Notes under the pieces: model-generated
The model's input: the letters and a program-made list of their open reading frames with translations, nothing else
Told to the model about the DNA's origin: nothing
The model's database searches: none
Shown: piece by piece, positions 40,359 through 49,775 of the stretch
Numbering within the stretch: the first letter of the stretch is position 1
Layout of the letters: each line of letters opens with the position of its first letter
DNA from: Planctomycetota bacterium
GTDB lineage: Bacteria > Planctomycetota > B15-G4 > SIAN01
DNA length: 64,000 nucleotides
Direction: 5' to 3'
Assembly: GCA_031409275.1 (NCBI GenBank)
Contig: JANNXA010000022.1
Coordinates: 64,001 to 128,000, forward strand
Position numbers and translations under genes: made by a program

Positions 40359-41585
40359 CTACGGATTTCGCGCCGGCTTCGACTGGCGTGCGGCCGTGTA
40401 GTCGTGAAGTCGAGCGAGCTGGCGATACAGGTCGTGCTCGTGCGCGTGCATCGGGTTCTTGAAGAACGATGCGAGTTGCGTCATCGGTCCGCTCTCGCCA
40501 CGCGCCAACGCTCCGGCGGCGAAGCGCGCGAGGTCGAGGACGAGCGGTGCCGCCAGGATCGAGTCGCAGCCTTGCCAGGTGAACTGCATCGCCATCGGGT
40601 GGCCGAGGAACCCGCGGAAATGGATGTAGTCCCAGGCCACCTTGCTGTCGCCGAGCGATTCGACGTAGTCGATGCCCACGCGCGTGCGTACCGGCTGGCC
40701 GAGGATGCTGGCGAGGACGCTGTCCTTGGTGGCGATCTTCGAACTTTTGTTCTCGCCCTCGGCCAACACCTGGCCGTCGCGGTTGCCGAGGATGTTGTAG
40801 CCCACCCACGACATCACCTCGAGCTGGCGCGCACGGAACATGGGCGCCAAGCCCGATTTCACCAGCGTTTCGCCGGTTTTGCCGTCGTTCCCCATGTAGG
40901 GAAGTCCGCGCCTCGCGGCGAGCTCCTCGATCGCTCCGCAGAGGCACGACGGTGAGGCCGTGAAATTGATGAACGCCGCACCGCTCGCCATCGCGGCGTA
41001 GGCGTACAGCACGCCGGGACGAAACGCCGAGGCGGGCAGCTGGTCGAGCGCGCGATCGAGTCGATCGAGGTCGGACATGACCTCCGGGTTGGTCGGTGGC
41101 GGTTCGGTCGAGGCGACGTTCACGACGACAAGTGCCGAGAGTCCGCGCCGATTGCGAAAATCGCGAAGGTGCGACGCGAGAGTCTCGATGCACGTCCGGC
41201 CGGTTTCCGATGGGACGAGATGGGTAGGGTCGGCGATCGCCTCGATCGCCCCACCACCGCCGCGGGCCTGGCCGGGCCGGATCTCGCGATCGATCGCCGC
41301 GAGCTCGTCGCCGAGTCGGTCGATCCACTCGCTTCGAATGGAGCCATTCTCGTGGCCGATCAGGCGGGCCGCCTCGGCCAGCGCAACGGGGCGGATGTCG
41401 TGTCCGCCGAACACGAGTTGCGGGAGATCGGGGAGGCCGAGGCTCGCGAATTCCGGCGCGTCGCTGACCAGCGCCGTTCGACCCGCCAGTCCGTTCACGA
41501 TCGCGCGCGCTCCCACGATGGCGGTCGTGGCGAGCGTCCCTCCGGCGCCGACGAGCCAGACGCCGACCGATGGATTCGCACTCAT
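40359..41585 (-). CDS. ino1: myo-inositol-1-phosphate synthase
   Basis: FGGHDI, VVNVASTE, GNDGKTGETLVK, NILGNRDG, SKIATK, GDSKVAWD and GCDSILAAPLVLDL. Confidence 0.93.
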   Translation of the reverse strand: MSANPSVGVWLVGAGGTLATTAIVGARAIVNGLAGRTALVSDAPEFASLGLPDLPQLVFGGHDIRPVALAEAARLIGHENGSIRSEWIDRLGDELAAIDREIRPGQARGGGGAIEAIADPTHLVPSETGRTCIETLASHLRDFRNRRGLSALVVVNVASTEPPPTNPEVMSDLDRLDRALDQLPASAFRPGVLYAYAAMASGAAFINFTASPSCLCGAIEELAARRGLPYMGNDGKTGETLVKSGLAPMFRARQLEVMSWVGYNILGNRDGQVLAEGENKSSKIATKDSVLASILGQPVRTRVGIDYVESLGDSKVAWDYIHFRGFLGHPMAMQFTWQGCDSILAAPLVLDLARFAAGALARGESGPMTQLASFFKNPMHAHEHDLYRQLARLHDYTAARQSKPARNP

Positions 41586-41796
41586 AGGTGAGTATTCCGC
41601 GCGCTTCGAGGACCGGAGTGAAGTGGTACCAGTCGTGCTGGTGTCGATCTCAAGGAGAGTAACGCGGCGCAGCGTTTGGAGTTGCGTCGGTTGCCGCCGC
41701 TCGCCACGCAGGGCGTCCTCTTGCGCGCTCTACCGGCTGTGTCTAACATCTCCTGAAGCCCAAGCTCTAGTGATCGGGACGAAAAAGGAGGGTCGA

Positions 41797-42138
41797 TTGG
41801 CCGTCACCGCCAAGGAGCGCGAGACGCGTACGTCGCGGAAGAAGCGCTCCCCGAATATCCTTGAGCAACTCGTCGCCGGCTGCGATGCCGATCGCGTCGC
41901 GGTGCAGTTTGTCGACGGACGCACGCTCGAGGGGGCGCTGCTGTTCAACCCCATCAAGCGCAGTGGCAAGCTGATCAACGTCGAGCAGGAGTTCTCGCTC
42001 GACTTCGATCCACTTGAGGTCAAAGAGATCAAGATCGTGGTGGCGCGGCTGCCGTCCGCGCCCGTGGACCGTGTCGAGGCTCGGCCCGAGCGCGAGCCGA
42101 AGTACGTCGAACCGGTGGAAGACGCCGACGACGACTGA
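41797..42138 (+). CDS. Small protein with a possible Sm/LSm/Hfq-like fold
   Basis: AAGGAGGG RBS and TTG start; helix followed by RVAVQFVDGRTLEGALL; basic N-terminus and acidic C-terminus. Confidence 0.6.
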   Translation: MAVTAKERETRTSRKKRSPNILEQLVAGCDADRVAVQFVDGRTLEGALLFNPIKRSGKLINVEQEFSLDFDPLEVKEIKIVVARLPSAPVDRVEARPEREPKYVEPVEDADDD

Positions 42139-42285
42139 TTCGGTCGGTCGGCACCGGTCGTCGCCCCCCCACCGGGTTGCCGCTTGAGCGGGTCGCGAGT
42201 CGTAGCGTCGCGGTAACCGAAACGGCCTCGACTCATGGTCAACGCGCCCCCCAGGGCTTTTTCCGGGGGGCGCCGCCGTTTCAAG

Positions 42286-42301
42286 TGGAATGGCGGTTGC
42301 T
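42286..42301 (+). promoter_or_regulatory. Putative sigma54 (-24/-12) promoter of the HEAT-repeat gene
   Basis: TGGAATGGCGGTTGCT has exact GG-N10-GC spacing and ends in TTGCT. Confidence 0.5.
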
Positions 42302-42399
42302 TTAGGATTGGATCGTCCTTGTTCTCCCGGCACCTCGGGGGCTTCTCTCCCGAAAGTTCCGGTTCGCTTCTCACTCGTGATTCTTGGAGAGCCACTCCC

Positions 42400-44391
42400 A
42401 TGTCAACGGCTTGGCTGAAGACCGGCCTATCGGCAGCGATCGCGCTGCTCACGTGCGCCCCGGTGTGGGCGCATGGCGGCAACTACAAGGGGCCGACCGA
42501 CACCGTCCCGCCGAACCTTGGCGGTGGCGGTGACACGACCCCACCGGGCAACCCCGGTGGCCCCGGTACGCCCGGGCCTGGCGCTCCGACCACCGGTGGC
42601 CAGAAGGGCCCCGCGACCGGCGGCGTTCCGACCGGGCCGACGGGCGGCGCGGGCGCTGGCATGCGTCCGTCCACCGGCGGCATCGGCAGCAAGCGCGGCG
42701 GCGGCGAAGGATTCGAGCGCTGGGAGTTCTGGTGGGAGCACAACAAGGATCCGTTCCTGGACCTGAAGGCACGCCTTGCGAAGGGCGCGGTCTCTTCGGG
42801 TACCGGCGGCTTCCTCACCGGCCGTACCAAGCTCATCGAAGCGGTCAGCGCCAACCGGCCGACTGCGAGCGAGATCAAGGACAACCTGATTCCGGCGTTC
42901 ATCGAAGCGCTCGGCGAGAAGCATCCTGACATCGTCGACTCCGCGGCCCTCGCCATCGGGCGCACGCTGCGGTTCGAAGACGCGCAGCTCGTGATGCAGA
43001 CGCTGACGGGCGCGCTTGGACACTCGGAGAAGACCGGTCGCGAAGCCGCCACGCTCGCCATGGGCGTGCTCGGTTCGCCGAGCGCGGTCGAGACCTTGCG
43101 CGAATTGCTGAACGACACCAGCAAGGGACGGCAGCTCACCGGCCAGTCGGCGGGCGTCGAGGACATGGTCCGCGGGTTCGCGGCCGCTTCGCTCGGAATG
43201 ATCGGCGAGCCGGGCGCGATCGACGACCTGAAGAAGATCATCTCCGACGAGACGTTGGCATCGAAGCTCGACGTCAAGGCCCTCTCGATCCTCGCGCTGG
43301 GGATGATGAGGGAGCGTCATGAGGAGGTCGCTTCCTTCCTGCTTGGCGTGATGGAAGATCGCTCGCTGAACATCTACGTTCGCGCGCAGGCTCCGATCGC
43401 GCTTGGCCGGCTGAATCGTCAGTCGGACGCCGGATCCCCCGCGGCGCACCTGGTGCTCGCGCCGAAGATCGTGCCGATGTTCCAGGACGACAAGGCCGAC
43501 AACGACCTGCGCCGTTCGCTCGCGATCTGCATCGGCATGCTTGCGACCGTCGAAGACACCGAGTCGATCGAGGCGCTCCTGAACGCGGTCGCCAAGGGCA
43601 GCGATGACCAGACGCGTCACTTCTCGATCATGGCGCTCGCTCAGATCGGCGCGCGCGATGCCGAGCCCGCCAAGCACGAGGATGCGCACACGAAGCTGCG
43701 CGAGTTCTTCCTGCGCGAGCTGACCCAGCCGAAGAAGATCACGCACCAGCCGTTCGGTGCACTCGGCCTCGCGGTCTATGCGCGCAACGAGAAGCTCACG
43801 CCCGAAGTGAAGGCGCAGGCGCAGACCAAGCTGCTCGAAGCCTTCGAGCAGACCAGCAACCCCTCCTATCAGGGCGCGATGGCCATCGGGCTCGGCTTGC
43901 TCGACTACAAGCTCGGCGGCGAGAAGCTGTGGGCGAAGTTCGAGGACTCGAACGATCAGCCGCTCAAGGGCTACATCGCGGTTTCCCTCGGCCTCATGCG
44001 TGTCAATTCGAAGGCGGAGACGCTGCGCAAGCTCATCACGAGCAAGGGCCTCGAGCAGAAGTTCAAGCTGCAGCTGGCGCGGTCGCTCGGCCTCATGGGC
44101 GACACGGCGGCGGTGCAGACGCTGATCGAGTACCTCCAGTCGGCAGAGACGCTGGCGGAGTCGTCCTCGGCGGCGCAGGCCCTCGGCCTGATCGGCGATC
44201 GCAGCGCGGTCGATCCGCTGCTCGCCATCTTGCGCAACAAGTCGAAGCAGCCGCTCCAGCGCGGTTTCGCGGCGGTCGCGCTCGGCATCATCGCCGAGAA
44301 GACGACGCTGCCGTGGAATGCGTGCTTCTCGGTCAACGCGAACTACCGTGCCAAGGTGAACGCGCTGTCCGAGATCCTCGACATCCTCTGA
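42400..44391 (+). CDS. Secreted HEAT-repeat protein with a Gly/Pro-rich N-terminal region
   Basis: Signal peptide ...APVWA|HGGNYKGP, WEFWWEHNKDPF, and many AAxALG-type HEAT units. Confidence 0.88.
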   Translation: MSTAWLKTGLSAAIALLTCAPVWAHGGNYKGPTDTVPPNLGGGGDTTPPGNPGGPGTPGPGAPTTGGQKGPATGGVPTGPTGGAGAGMRPSTGGIGSKRGGGEGFERWEFWWEHNKDPFLDLKARLAKGAVSSGTGGFLTGRTKLIEAVSANRPTASEIKDNLIPAFIEALGEKHPDIVDSAALAIGRTLRFEDAQLVMQTLTGALGHSEKTGREAATLAMGVLGSPSAVETLRELLNDTSKGRQLTGQSAGVEDMVRGFAAASLGMIGEPGAIDDLKKIISDETLASKLDVKALSILALGMMRERHEEVASFLLGVMEDRSLNIYVRAQAPIALGRLNRQSDAGSPAAHLVLAPKIVPMFQDDKADNDLRRSLAICIGMLATVEDTESIEALLNAVAKGSDDQTRHFSIMALAQIGARDAEPAKHEDAHTKLREFFLRELTQPKKITHQPFGALGLAVYARNEKLTPEVKAQAQTKLLEAFEQTSNPSYQGAMAIGLGLLDYKLGGEKLWAKFEDSNDQPLKGYIAVSLGLMRVNSKAETLRKLITSKGLEQKFKLQLARSLGLMGDTAAVQTLIEYLQSAETLAESSSAAQALGLIGDRSAVDPLLAILRNKSKQPLQRGFAAVALGIIAEKTTLPWNACFSVNANYRAKVNALSEILDIL

Positions 44392-44420
44392 GAGTCGACT
44401 CCGGTTCCTGAATGATCCTC

Positions 44421-44459
44421 ACCGGCCCGCCCCGTGACTCGGGGCGGGCCGGTTCATTT
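44421..44459 (+). terminator. Intrinsic terminator between convergent genes
   Basis: Perfect 14-bp stem ACCGGCCCGCCCCG-TGACT-CGGGGCGGGCCGGT followed by TCATTT. Confidence 0.75.
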
Positions 44460-44506
44460 CCAGCGAGCCGGCTCCCGTCCGTTGCGCCGTGGGTCGACGC
44501 CGCCAG

Positions 44507-45022
44507 TCAGCGTCCGGCGCGAGTGGCCCGCCAGCCCAACCACACGGCGCCCGCGAGCAGCAAGACGCTGCCCCACTCGATCGTCGTGAGCATCGTCAGC
44601 TGGCGTGCCACCGGGTCGAGATCGAGCCGCTGCGAGCGGAGCCCGTCGGCATCGGCGCGCGCGCGAATCCTCAGCGGCTCGGCGTCCGCGTTCGAGCGCG
44701 ATTCGATGGTCGCGAAGTCGGCCGCAGCGGCCGCGAGGTCGCCGGCCATCCAGCGGGTGTAGGCGCGCTGCAGCAGGAGTTGCGGCTCGTCGACGTGGCG
44801 CTCGAGCAAATGGGTCAGCGTCCTTTCGCTTGCCTCGAAGTGGCCGCGCTGGCGTTCGAGGAAGGCGCGAAACGTTCCCGCATCGAGGGCGTCCGCAGGC
44901 GCATGGTTCAAGCGCTCGATCGCCGCGTCGAGCTCCCCCGCAGCGACCTCGTTTTCGGCGCTCTCGACGAGCGTGCGGACGGCAGCGTCCTGCGCCTGCT
45001 CGTGCGTGGCCCGCGGATTCAT
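44507..45022 (-). CDS. Small TPR protein with a C-terminal membrane anchor
   Basis: ATGA coupling to the upstream gene; TPR-like helices; C-terminal hydrophobic segment. Confidence 0.6.
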   Translation of the reverse strand: MNPRATHEQAQDAAVRTLVESAENEVAAGELDAAIERLNHAPADALDAGTFRAFLERQRGHFEASERTLTHLLERHVDEPQLLLQRAYTRWMAGDLAAAAADFATIESRSNADAEPLRIRARADADGLRSQRLDLDPVARQLTMLTTIEWGSVLLLAGAVWLGWRATRAGR

Positions 45023-46620
45023 CGCGACGAGTCCGTCTGCGCCGCGAGCAGTCGCTGCGCCCTCTGCGACAGGCGCAGCTCCTGCTCGCGATCGAACCAG
45101 CCGCCGTCGTCGTCGATGACTCGATCGGTCGCCGCGGCGCGCCGCACGAAAAACTGCCCCGGTGCCGTGAGCTGTCGCGCGAGCGCCGCAAGTTCCGCCG
45201 GCCAGCTTTCGACGTCCCAATCGCGCGGGTGACGCGTGGGTTCGCCCTTGCGCGCCCAGATGATCTGGTTGGCGGTGCGCGGCAGCGTGGCGACCACGAC
45301 GCCGTGCTCGAAGAGCGATGCGAGCGTTCCTGCGAGCGCTTCCGTCACGCGATCGGCGGCGCCGTAGCCGAAGGCATTCAGCGCAACCACGCCGCCCGGT
45401 TCGAGCCGCTCGATCAGCGCCTCGAAGAACTCGCGCGACGCGACGTGGGACGGCACGAACGACTGGCGCGCGTAGCAGTCGACGATGATGAGATCGAAGC
45501 GCGAGCGCGAGTGGTCGACGAAGGTGCGAGCGTCGAGGTCGGTCCAGATCACCAGGCGCGGATCTTCGGGGAGCCCGAGGTGCGTGCGGCCGAGCGCCAC
45601 GGCTTCCGGGTCGAGCTCGACTCCTTCGATCCGCAGATCGCAACGCGGACCGACCAGCGCGAGCAGCTGGCGCGCGTGCGTCCCCGCTCCGAGGCCCAAC
45701 ACGGCGACGGCGAGCTTGCCGTCATGGATCGCGTCGAGCGCCAGCAGGTTGAAGTAGTCGTAGTAGAGGCCGCCGGTCAGCACTCCGTTCACCGGCGTGA
45801 GCGATTGGAACGAGTCGTGGCCTTCGTCGATCGCGAGCACGCGTGCGCCGTCGAGGTCGTTGCGCTGCCGGATTTCGAGGTGCTGGTAGCGACTGTCGCG
45901 TGCGGTGACGAGCTCGCCGAGCGCTGCGCCCGGAGTCGCCGAGCGGATGGCGTCGAGCGAGAGGCTCGCGATCGCCAGCGCCCCGATCAGCGCGCCCGCG
46001 AGCGCCGCTTGCTGCCGTCGCGCGGCCCACCAGGCCGGTACCGAGGCCAACGCGACCAGTCCGGCCGCGAGCAACAGGGTGCCCCGGGTGCCGAACGTCG
46101 GCACCAGCCAGTAGCTCGTCGCGAACGAGCCGACGATCGAGCCGGTGGTGGCGCTGCCATAGAGCAGGCCGCTCTTGCGCCCCACGTCCTCCAGTCGCGT
46201 CGCGGCGCATCGGACCAGGAACGGCGGCACGGCGCCGAGCAGGAGCACGGGCGGCACGAAACAGAGCAGCGTTGCGACGAACGAACCGCGCAGCAGGAAC
46301 GGGTAAGCCGCTTCGAGGGGCAACGCGTCCGGCAGCAGAGCGCGCGCCACCGGGCCGGGCAGGAACGCGGCGGCGGCGATCAGCCCCGCAGCGCACAGCA
46401 GCAGTGCACCGAGCCAGGCCGCCGGCCGCGCTTTGCGATCGGCAAGCCGGCCGCCAATCGTGCTGCCGATCGCGAGGCCGGCCAGGACCAGCCCGATGAC
46501 GTTGCACCAGACGAACTGCGCCTGTCCGAACCACGGCGCGAGCGCACGCGTCGCGGTCATCTCGACCACGAGGACGCCGGCGCCGGAGAGGAACGCGGTG
46601 AGCCAGTAGGCGAGCAGCAC
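45019..46620 (-). CDS. Fused MFS-like membrane domain and spermidine-synthase-like SAM-binding domain
   Basis: VEMTATRALAPWFG, GLLYGSATTGSIVG, SRYQHL, VLGLGAGT, GVELDP, DARTF and FDLIIVDCY. Confidence 0.88.
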   Translation of the reverse strand: MLLAYWLTAFLSGAGVLVVEMTATRALAPWFGQAQFVWCNVIGLVLAGLAIGSTIGGRLADRKARPAAWLGALLLCAAGLIAAAAFLPGPVARALLPDALPLEAAYPFLLRGSFVATLLCFVPPVLLLGAVPPFLVRCAATRLEDVGRKSGLLYGSATTGSIVGSFATSYWLVPTFGTRGTLLLAAGLVALASVPAWWAARRQQAALAGALIGALAIASLSLDAIRSATPGAALGELVTARDSRYQHLEIRQRNDLDGARVLAIDEGHDSFQSLTPVNGVLTGGLYYDYFNLLALDAIHDGKLAVAVLGLGAGTHARQLLALVGPRCDLRIEGVELDPEAVALGRTHLGLPEDPRLVIWTDLDARTFVDHSRSRFDLIIVDCYARQSFVPSHVASREFFEALIERLEPGGVVALNAFGYGAADRVTEALAGTLASLFEHGVVVATLPRTANQIIWARKGEPTRHPRDWDVESWPAELAALARQLTAPGQFFVRRAAATDRVIDDDGGWFDREQELRLSQRAQRLLAAQTDSSR

Positions 46621-46623
46621 CGC

Positions 46624-48072
46624 TCAGCCGAGCTCGACCGAGATCATCGCCACGTAGACCTCACCGGTGTTGCAGAACGGCCGGAACCAGGCCCACTGCA
46701 GCGTCTGCTCGAGGACGCGCTTCACCGTTCCTTCGAAGCGGACGGTCTCCTTCGGCGCCTCCGTCTCCTTGGGCGCTTCGGCTTCGTCGGCAGCCTTCTT
46801 GTCGGCGACCAATCGATGGAGCACTCGCACGGGCTTCGACAGGTCGAGCACCTCGTCGTTCAGGTAGATCTCGAAGCTCGTCACCTTCTCGTTGGACACG
46901 ACGGTGATCTCGTTCTTGGCCGGGTCGACCACGGCGTTGATCTTGAGCGAGAGCTTCTCTTTGGTCGGGTCTTCGCCCGTGACGCGCAACCAGAAGCTCG
47001 AGGCGTAGCGCAGGTCCTGAGTCTCGATCACCAGCTTCTTCGGGGCGAACTGCTTGGGGTGGTCCGCCATCCAGGCGAGCAATGCGGCGTCGTCGAGAAC
47101 GTCCTTCTGCTCGATCACGAAGCCGTCCTTGCCCGTCCACTCGTCGTTGAACTCCTTGGTCTCGGCGCCGACGAAGAGCACCGGGGTGCCGATGCAGTTG
47201 CCGAAGTCGATCTGCTGCGGCGGCGGGCCGCGCACGATCGCGCCGGTCTGCGCGCCCGGGAAGCGCGCGCAGAAGAGCAGCGCCGCCATCGCCCCGGCGC
47301 CGTGTCCGTCGATGAAGATGCGGCGAGAGTCGAAGTTGGCGTTCTTCGAGATGATCTCGGAGAAGCTGCGGAACACCCACAAGGCGCCGTTGTCGCTGTC
47401 CCACCGCGGTCGCGAGAAGGAGACGTTGTCGCTGCCGCGCAGCGCGAGGTCCATGATCGGGCAGATCACGATGGCTTTCGCGAGCAGCTCCTTCGAGTAG
47501 GTCGCCGTCGCCCACGCCTTCACCTTGTCTTCGATCGCCTTGCTCTTGGTCAACTCCTTCAGGGAGCGGACCTCGTCCTCCATCGGATGCAACCCGATGA
47601 TCACCGGGTAGGCCACCTTGGCGAAGTCGGTCGGCAAGGAGACGAACGCCTTCATCCGATTGTCGAACGCACCGCCGAGCTCCTTCTCATCAGAGCCGGT
47701 GTCGATCGGGCACGGGACGTCGACGCGGCGCAGGTCGGTGCGCCACGAAATATTGACGGTCGGCTTCTCGACCGACAGTCCACGTCGGACGATCTCGCGC
47801 CAATCGTCGACGGCGATCAGCGGATCGGTGAACTTCGCCTGCTTGGCGCTCTTCCCGGCATCGTCGAGGAGCTTCAACAACTCCTTGTTCGCCTTGGTCA
47901 GCTCCTCCTTCTCGAAGCTCGCGTAGTAGTTGCGCACGAGCTTGCCGAGCCGTTCGTAGCTGCTCGCCCCGAGGGTCGGCGCTTGCTCCTGAGCGGGCGC
48001 GACCGCAAGCGAACCGGCGAGCGCAACGGCGCCGACGCGAGTGAGCAGCGCGAGGATCGAGGCGCGAATCAT
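46624..48072 (-). CDS. Secreted alpha/beta-hydrolase-fold protein lacking the nucleophile Ser
   Basis: Signal peptide; YPVIIGLH, RIFIDGHGAGAMAAL..ARFP and FWLRV. Confidence 0.65.
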   Translation of the reverse strand: MIRASILALLTRVGAVALAGSLAVAPAQEQAPTLGASSYERLGKLVRNYYASFEKEELTKANKELLKLLDDAGKSAKQAKFTDPLIAVDDWREIVRRGLSVEKPTVNISWRTDLRRVDVPCPIDTGSDEKELGGAFDNRMKAFVSLPTDFAKVAYPVIIGLHPMEDEVRSLKELTKSKAIEDKVKAWATATYSKELLAKAIVICPIMDLALRGSDNVSFSRPRWDSDNGALWVFRSFSEIISKNANFDSRRIFIDGHGAGAMAALLFCARFPGAQTGAIVRGPPPQQIDFGNCIGTPVLFVGAETKEFNDEWTGKDGFVIEQKDVLDDAALLAWMADHPKQFAPKKLVIETQDLRYASSFWLRVTGEDPTKEKLSLKINAVVDPAKNEITVVSNEKVTSFEIYLNDEVLDLSKPVRVLHRLVADKKAADEAEAPKETEAPKETVRFEGTVKRVLEQTLQWAWFRPFCNTGEVYVAMISVELG

Positions 48073-48211
48073 CGACGTCTCCAGTGGCGCGGTGCGCCGC
48101 TCCGTTCCGAGGGAGAGAGAGCGGACGAGCATCCGCTCTCTTGTCCGCAACGGCGGGCCCATTCGAAGCTTCGGGAAAGATGGCAAAGCCAGACCCATCA
48201 AGGAGTTGCGG

Positions 48212-48240
48212 AGCCTAGGAGGCGCCGCAGGGGGTGTCAA
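48212..48240 (-). promoter_or_regulatory. Putative sigma70 promoter of the 48.07-44.5 kb operon
   Basis: Minus-strand TTGACA-N17-TAGGCT. Confidence 0.6.
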
Positions 48241-48305
48241 CGCGCCCACGATCGAGGAGCCCGCCCGAGGCGCAGCCGTTGCACGGCGATCGGTGGCGCG
48301 TGCGC

Positions 48306-49775
48306 TCATGGCGGTGCGTCGGCGAGACAAAGCTCTCGATAGAAGCGCACCCGAGCGCGCGACGGGTCGAGCGCCAGAGTGCGGGCGAAGTACCCGGCCG
48401 CGACTCGCGGATCGTGGTCGTCTTGGAAGGCGAAGATCCCGAGGTTCTCGCCCCCGTCTGCCGAACCGCCCGCGAGCGCCCGCTCGAACAACTGGCGCGC
48501 GCGCGCTCGCTCGCCTTGCGCATGCAAGAGCAGGCCGAAGTCGTTCAGCAGCTGCGGCTCGTCCGGACGCGCCGCGAGCCCAGCTTCATAGGCGGCGATG
48601 GCGCGCTCGACGTTGCCGAGCGACTTGTGGCAGAGCGGTCGCCCGACGTGCGACCAGAAGTTGGTCGGGTCACGGACGAGGACCCGCTCGTAGAGCTCGA
48701 GCGCTTCGGTGAAGCGGCGCGCCCGGGCGCGCGCGACGGCGACGCCGACGATCCCGTCGAGCGCTTCCTGTGTCAGCTCGCCGCGCGTCTTGAGGAGCTC
48801 ATCAAAATGCGGCAACGCGGCTTCGGCCTTACCGGAGGTCAGCAGGGCGCGGCCGAGGTAGGAGCGTGCGCGCGGCCCAAAGCGCGGATCGAGGATGCAG
48901 GGCTCGAGGTCGCTGACGGCGCCGGCTGCATCCCCCATGAGCAGCCGCGTCGCGCCGCGGTAGTAGCGGTAGGCCAGTTCGCTCGGGACGCGTTCGAGCA
49001 GCGCGGAATAGAGGAAGAGCTTCTTTTCGAACTCGCCGTCGCCGCTCGCATTCCACGCGAGGTAGCTCAGCTCGAACGGGTCGGCGCCGTCGGCCGCCGC
49101 CTGCAGCACCGCCGCGTGGAGTCCCTCCCGATCGCCGCGCGCCGCCCGAACGCGCATGCGCTCGATCACGACCTGAGCGTCGTCGAGGTCGTTCGCGGAA
49201 CGGGCCGAGTCGATCACGGCCTGCGCCTCATCGACGCGGTCGCGCAACGCGAGGAAACGGACGAGCTCACCGAGGAGCAGCCTGCGGGTGCTGCGCGCCG
49301 CGGCATCCTCGCAGGGTCTCGCGATTGCATCGCGAAGAGTTGCTTCCGCCTCCTGCTCTCGCTGGAGGAGGACATGGCAGGTCGCAGCGCCGATCGCCGC
49401 GTGGACCCGTTGGGCGACGTCCGTCTCGGCCTCGCGATGGAGCGCGAGCGCCTCTTCGAGGATGCCGCGTCGCAGCGAGCGGCCCAGATCGGACGTTGCT
49501 TCGAGAGCGTTGGCTCGCTCGATCAGCACGTTGCCGAGTGCGACGAGCAGCACGGGATCGCGCTTCGTCGCGACGGCGTCGCGCAGCAGATCCTCGGCTT
49601 CGCCCGCGCGCCCGTTCGCGACCAGCTCGACCGCCTGCGCCGCGGCCTCCGTCTCGCGGCCCGCGGGCACCACCTGCGCCGTCGACGGCGCCGCCAACGG
49701 CCCCATCGATCCAATCGCCACGGCGAGGAGCCACGCCAGCGCGCAGCGGCCCCTGCCTCGCGGTCCCATGTTCAC
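48306..49775 (-). CDS. Secreted TPR-repeat protein
   Basis: Signal peptide (STA|QVV); many TPR units (YYRGATRLLMGD, YLGRALLTSGK, LNDFGLLL..QGE). Confidence 0.82.
   Translation of the reverse strand: MNMGPRGRGRCALAWLLAVAIGSMGPLAAPSTAQVVPAGRETEAAAQAVELVANGRAGEAEDLLRDAVATKRDPVLLVALGNVLIERANALEATSDLGRSLRRGILEEALALHREAETDVAQRVHAAIGAATCHVLLQREQEAEATLRDAIARPCEDAAARSTRRLLLGELVRFLALRDRVDEAQAVIDSARSANDLDDAQVVIERMRVRAARGDREGLHAAVLQAAADGADPFELSYLAWNASGDGEFEKKLFLYSALLERVPSELAYRYYRGATRLLMGDAAGAVSDLEPCILDPRFGPRARSYLGRALLTSGKAEAALPHFDELLKTRGELTQEALDGIVGVAVARARARRFTEALELYERVLVRDPTNFWSHVGRPLCHKSLGNVERAIAAYEAGLAARPDEPQLLNDFGLLLHAQGERARARQLFERALAGGSADGGENLGIFAFQDDHDPRVAAGYFARTLALDPSRARVRFYRELCLADAPP

Noticed and set aside
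27316..42200. Genomic island or prophage anchored at tRNA-Leu/tRNA-Val
   Set aside because: No integrase, transposase, phage gene or att-like repeat found by eye; only the 35-40 kb module looks compositionally atypical.
44605..48342. 1245-aa plus-strand ORF, and other long antisense ORFs such as 19225-21645, 11168-13432 and 29413-31524
   Set aside because: Arg/Ala/Gly-rich shadow frames opposite well-supported genes, expected in very GC-rich DNA; no recognisable motifs.
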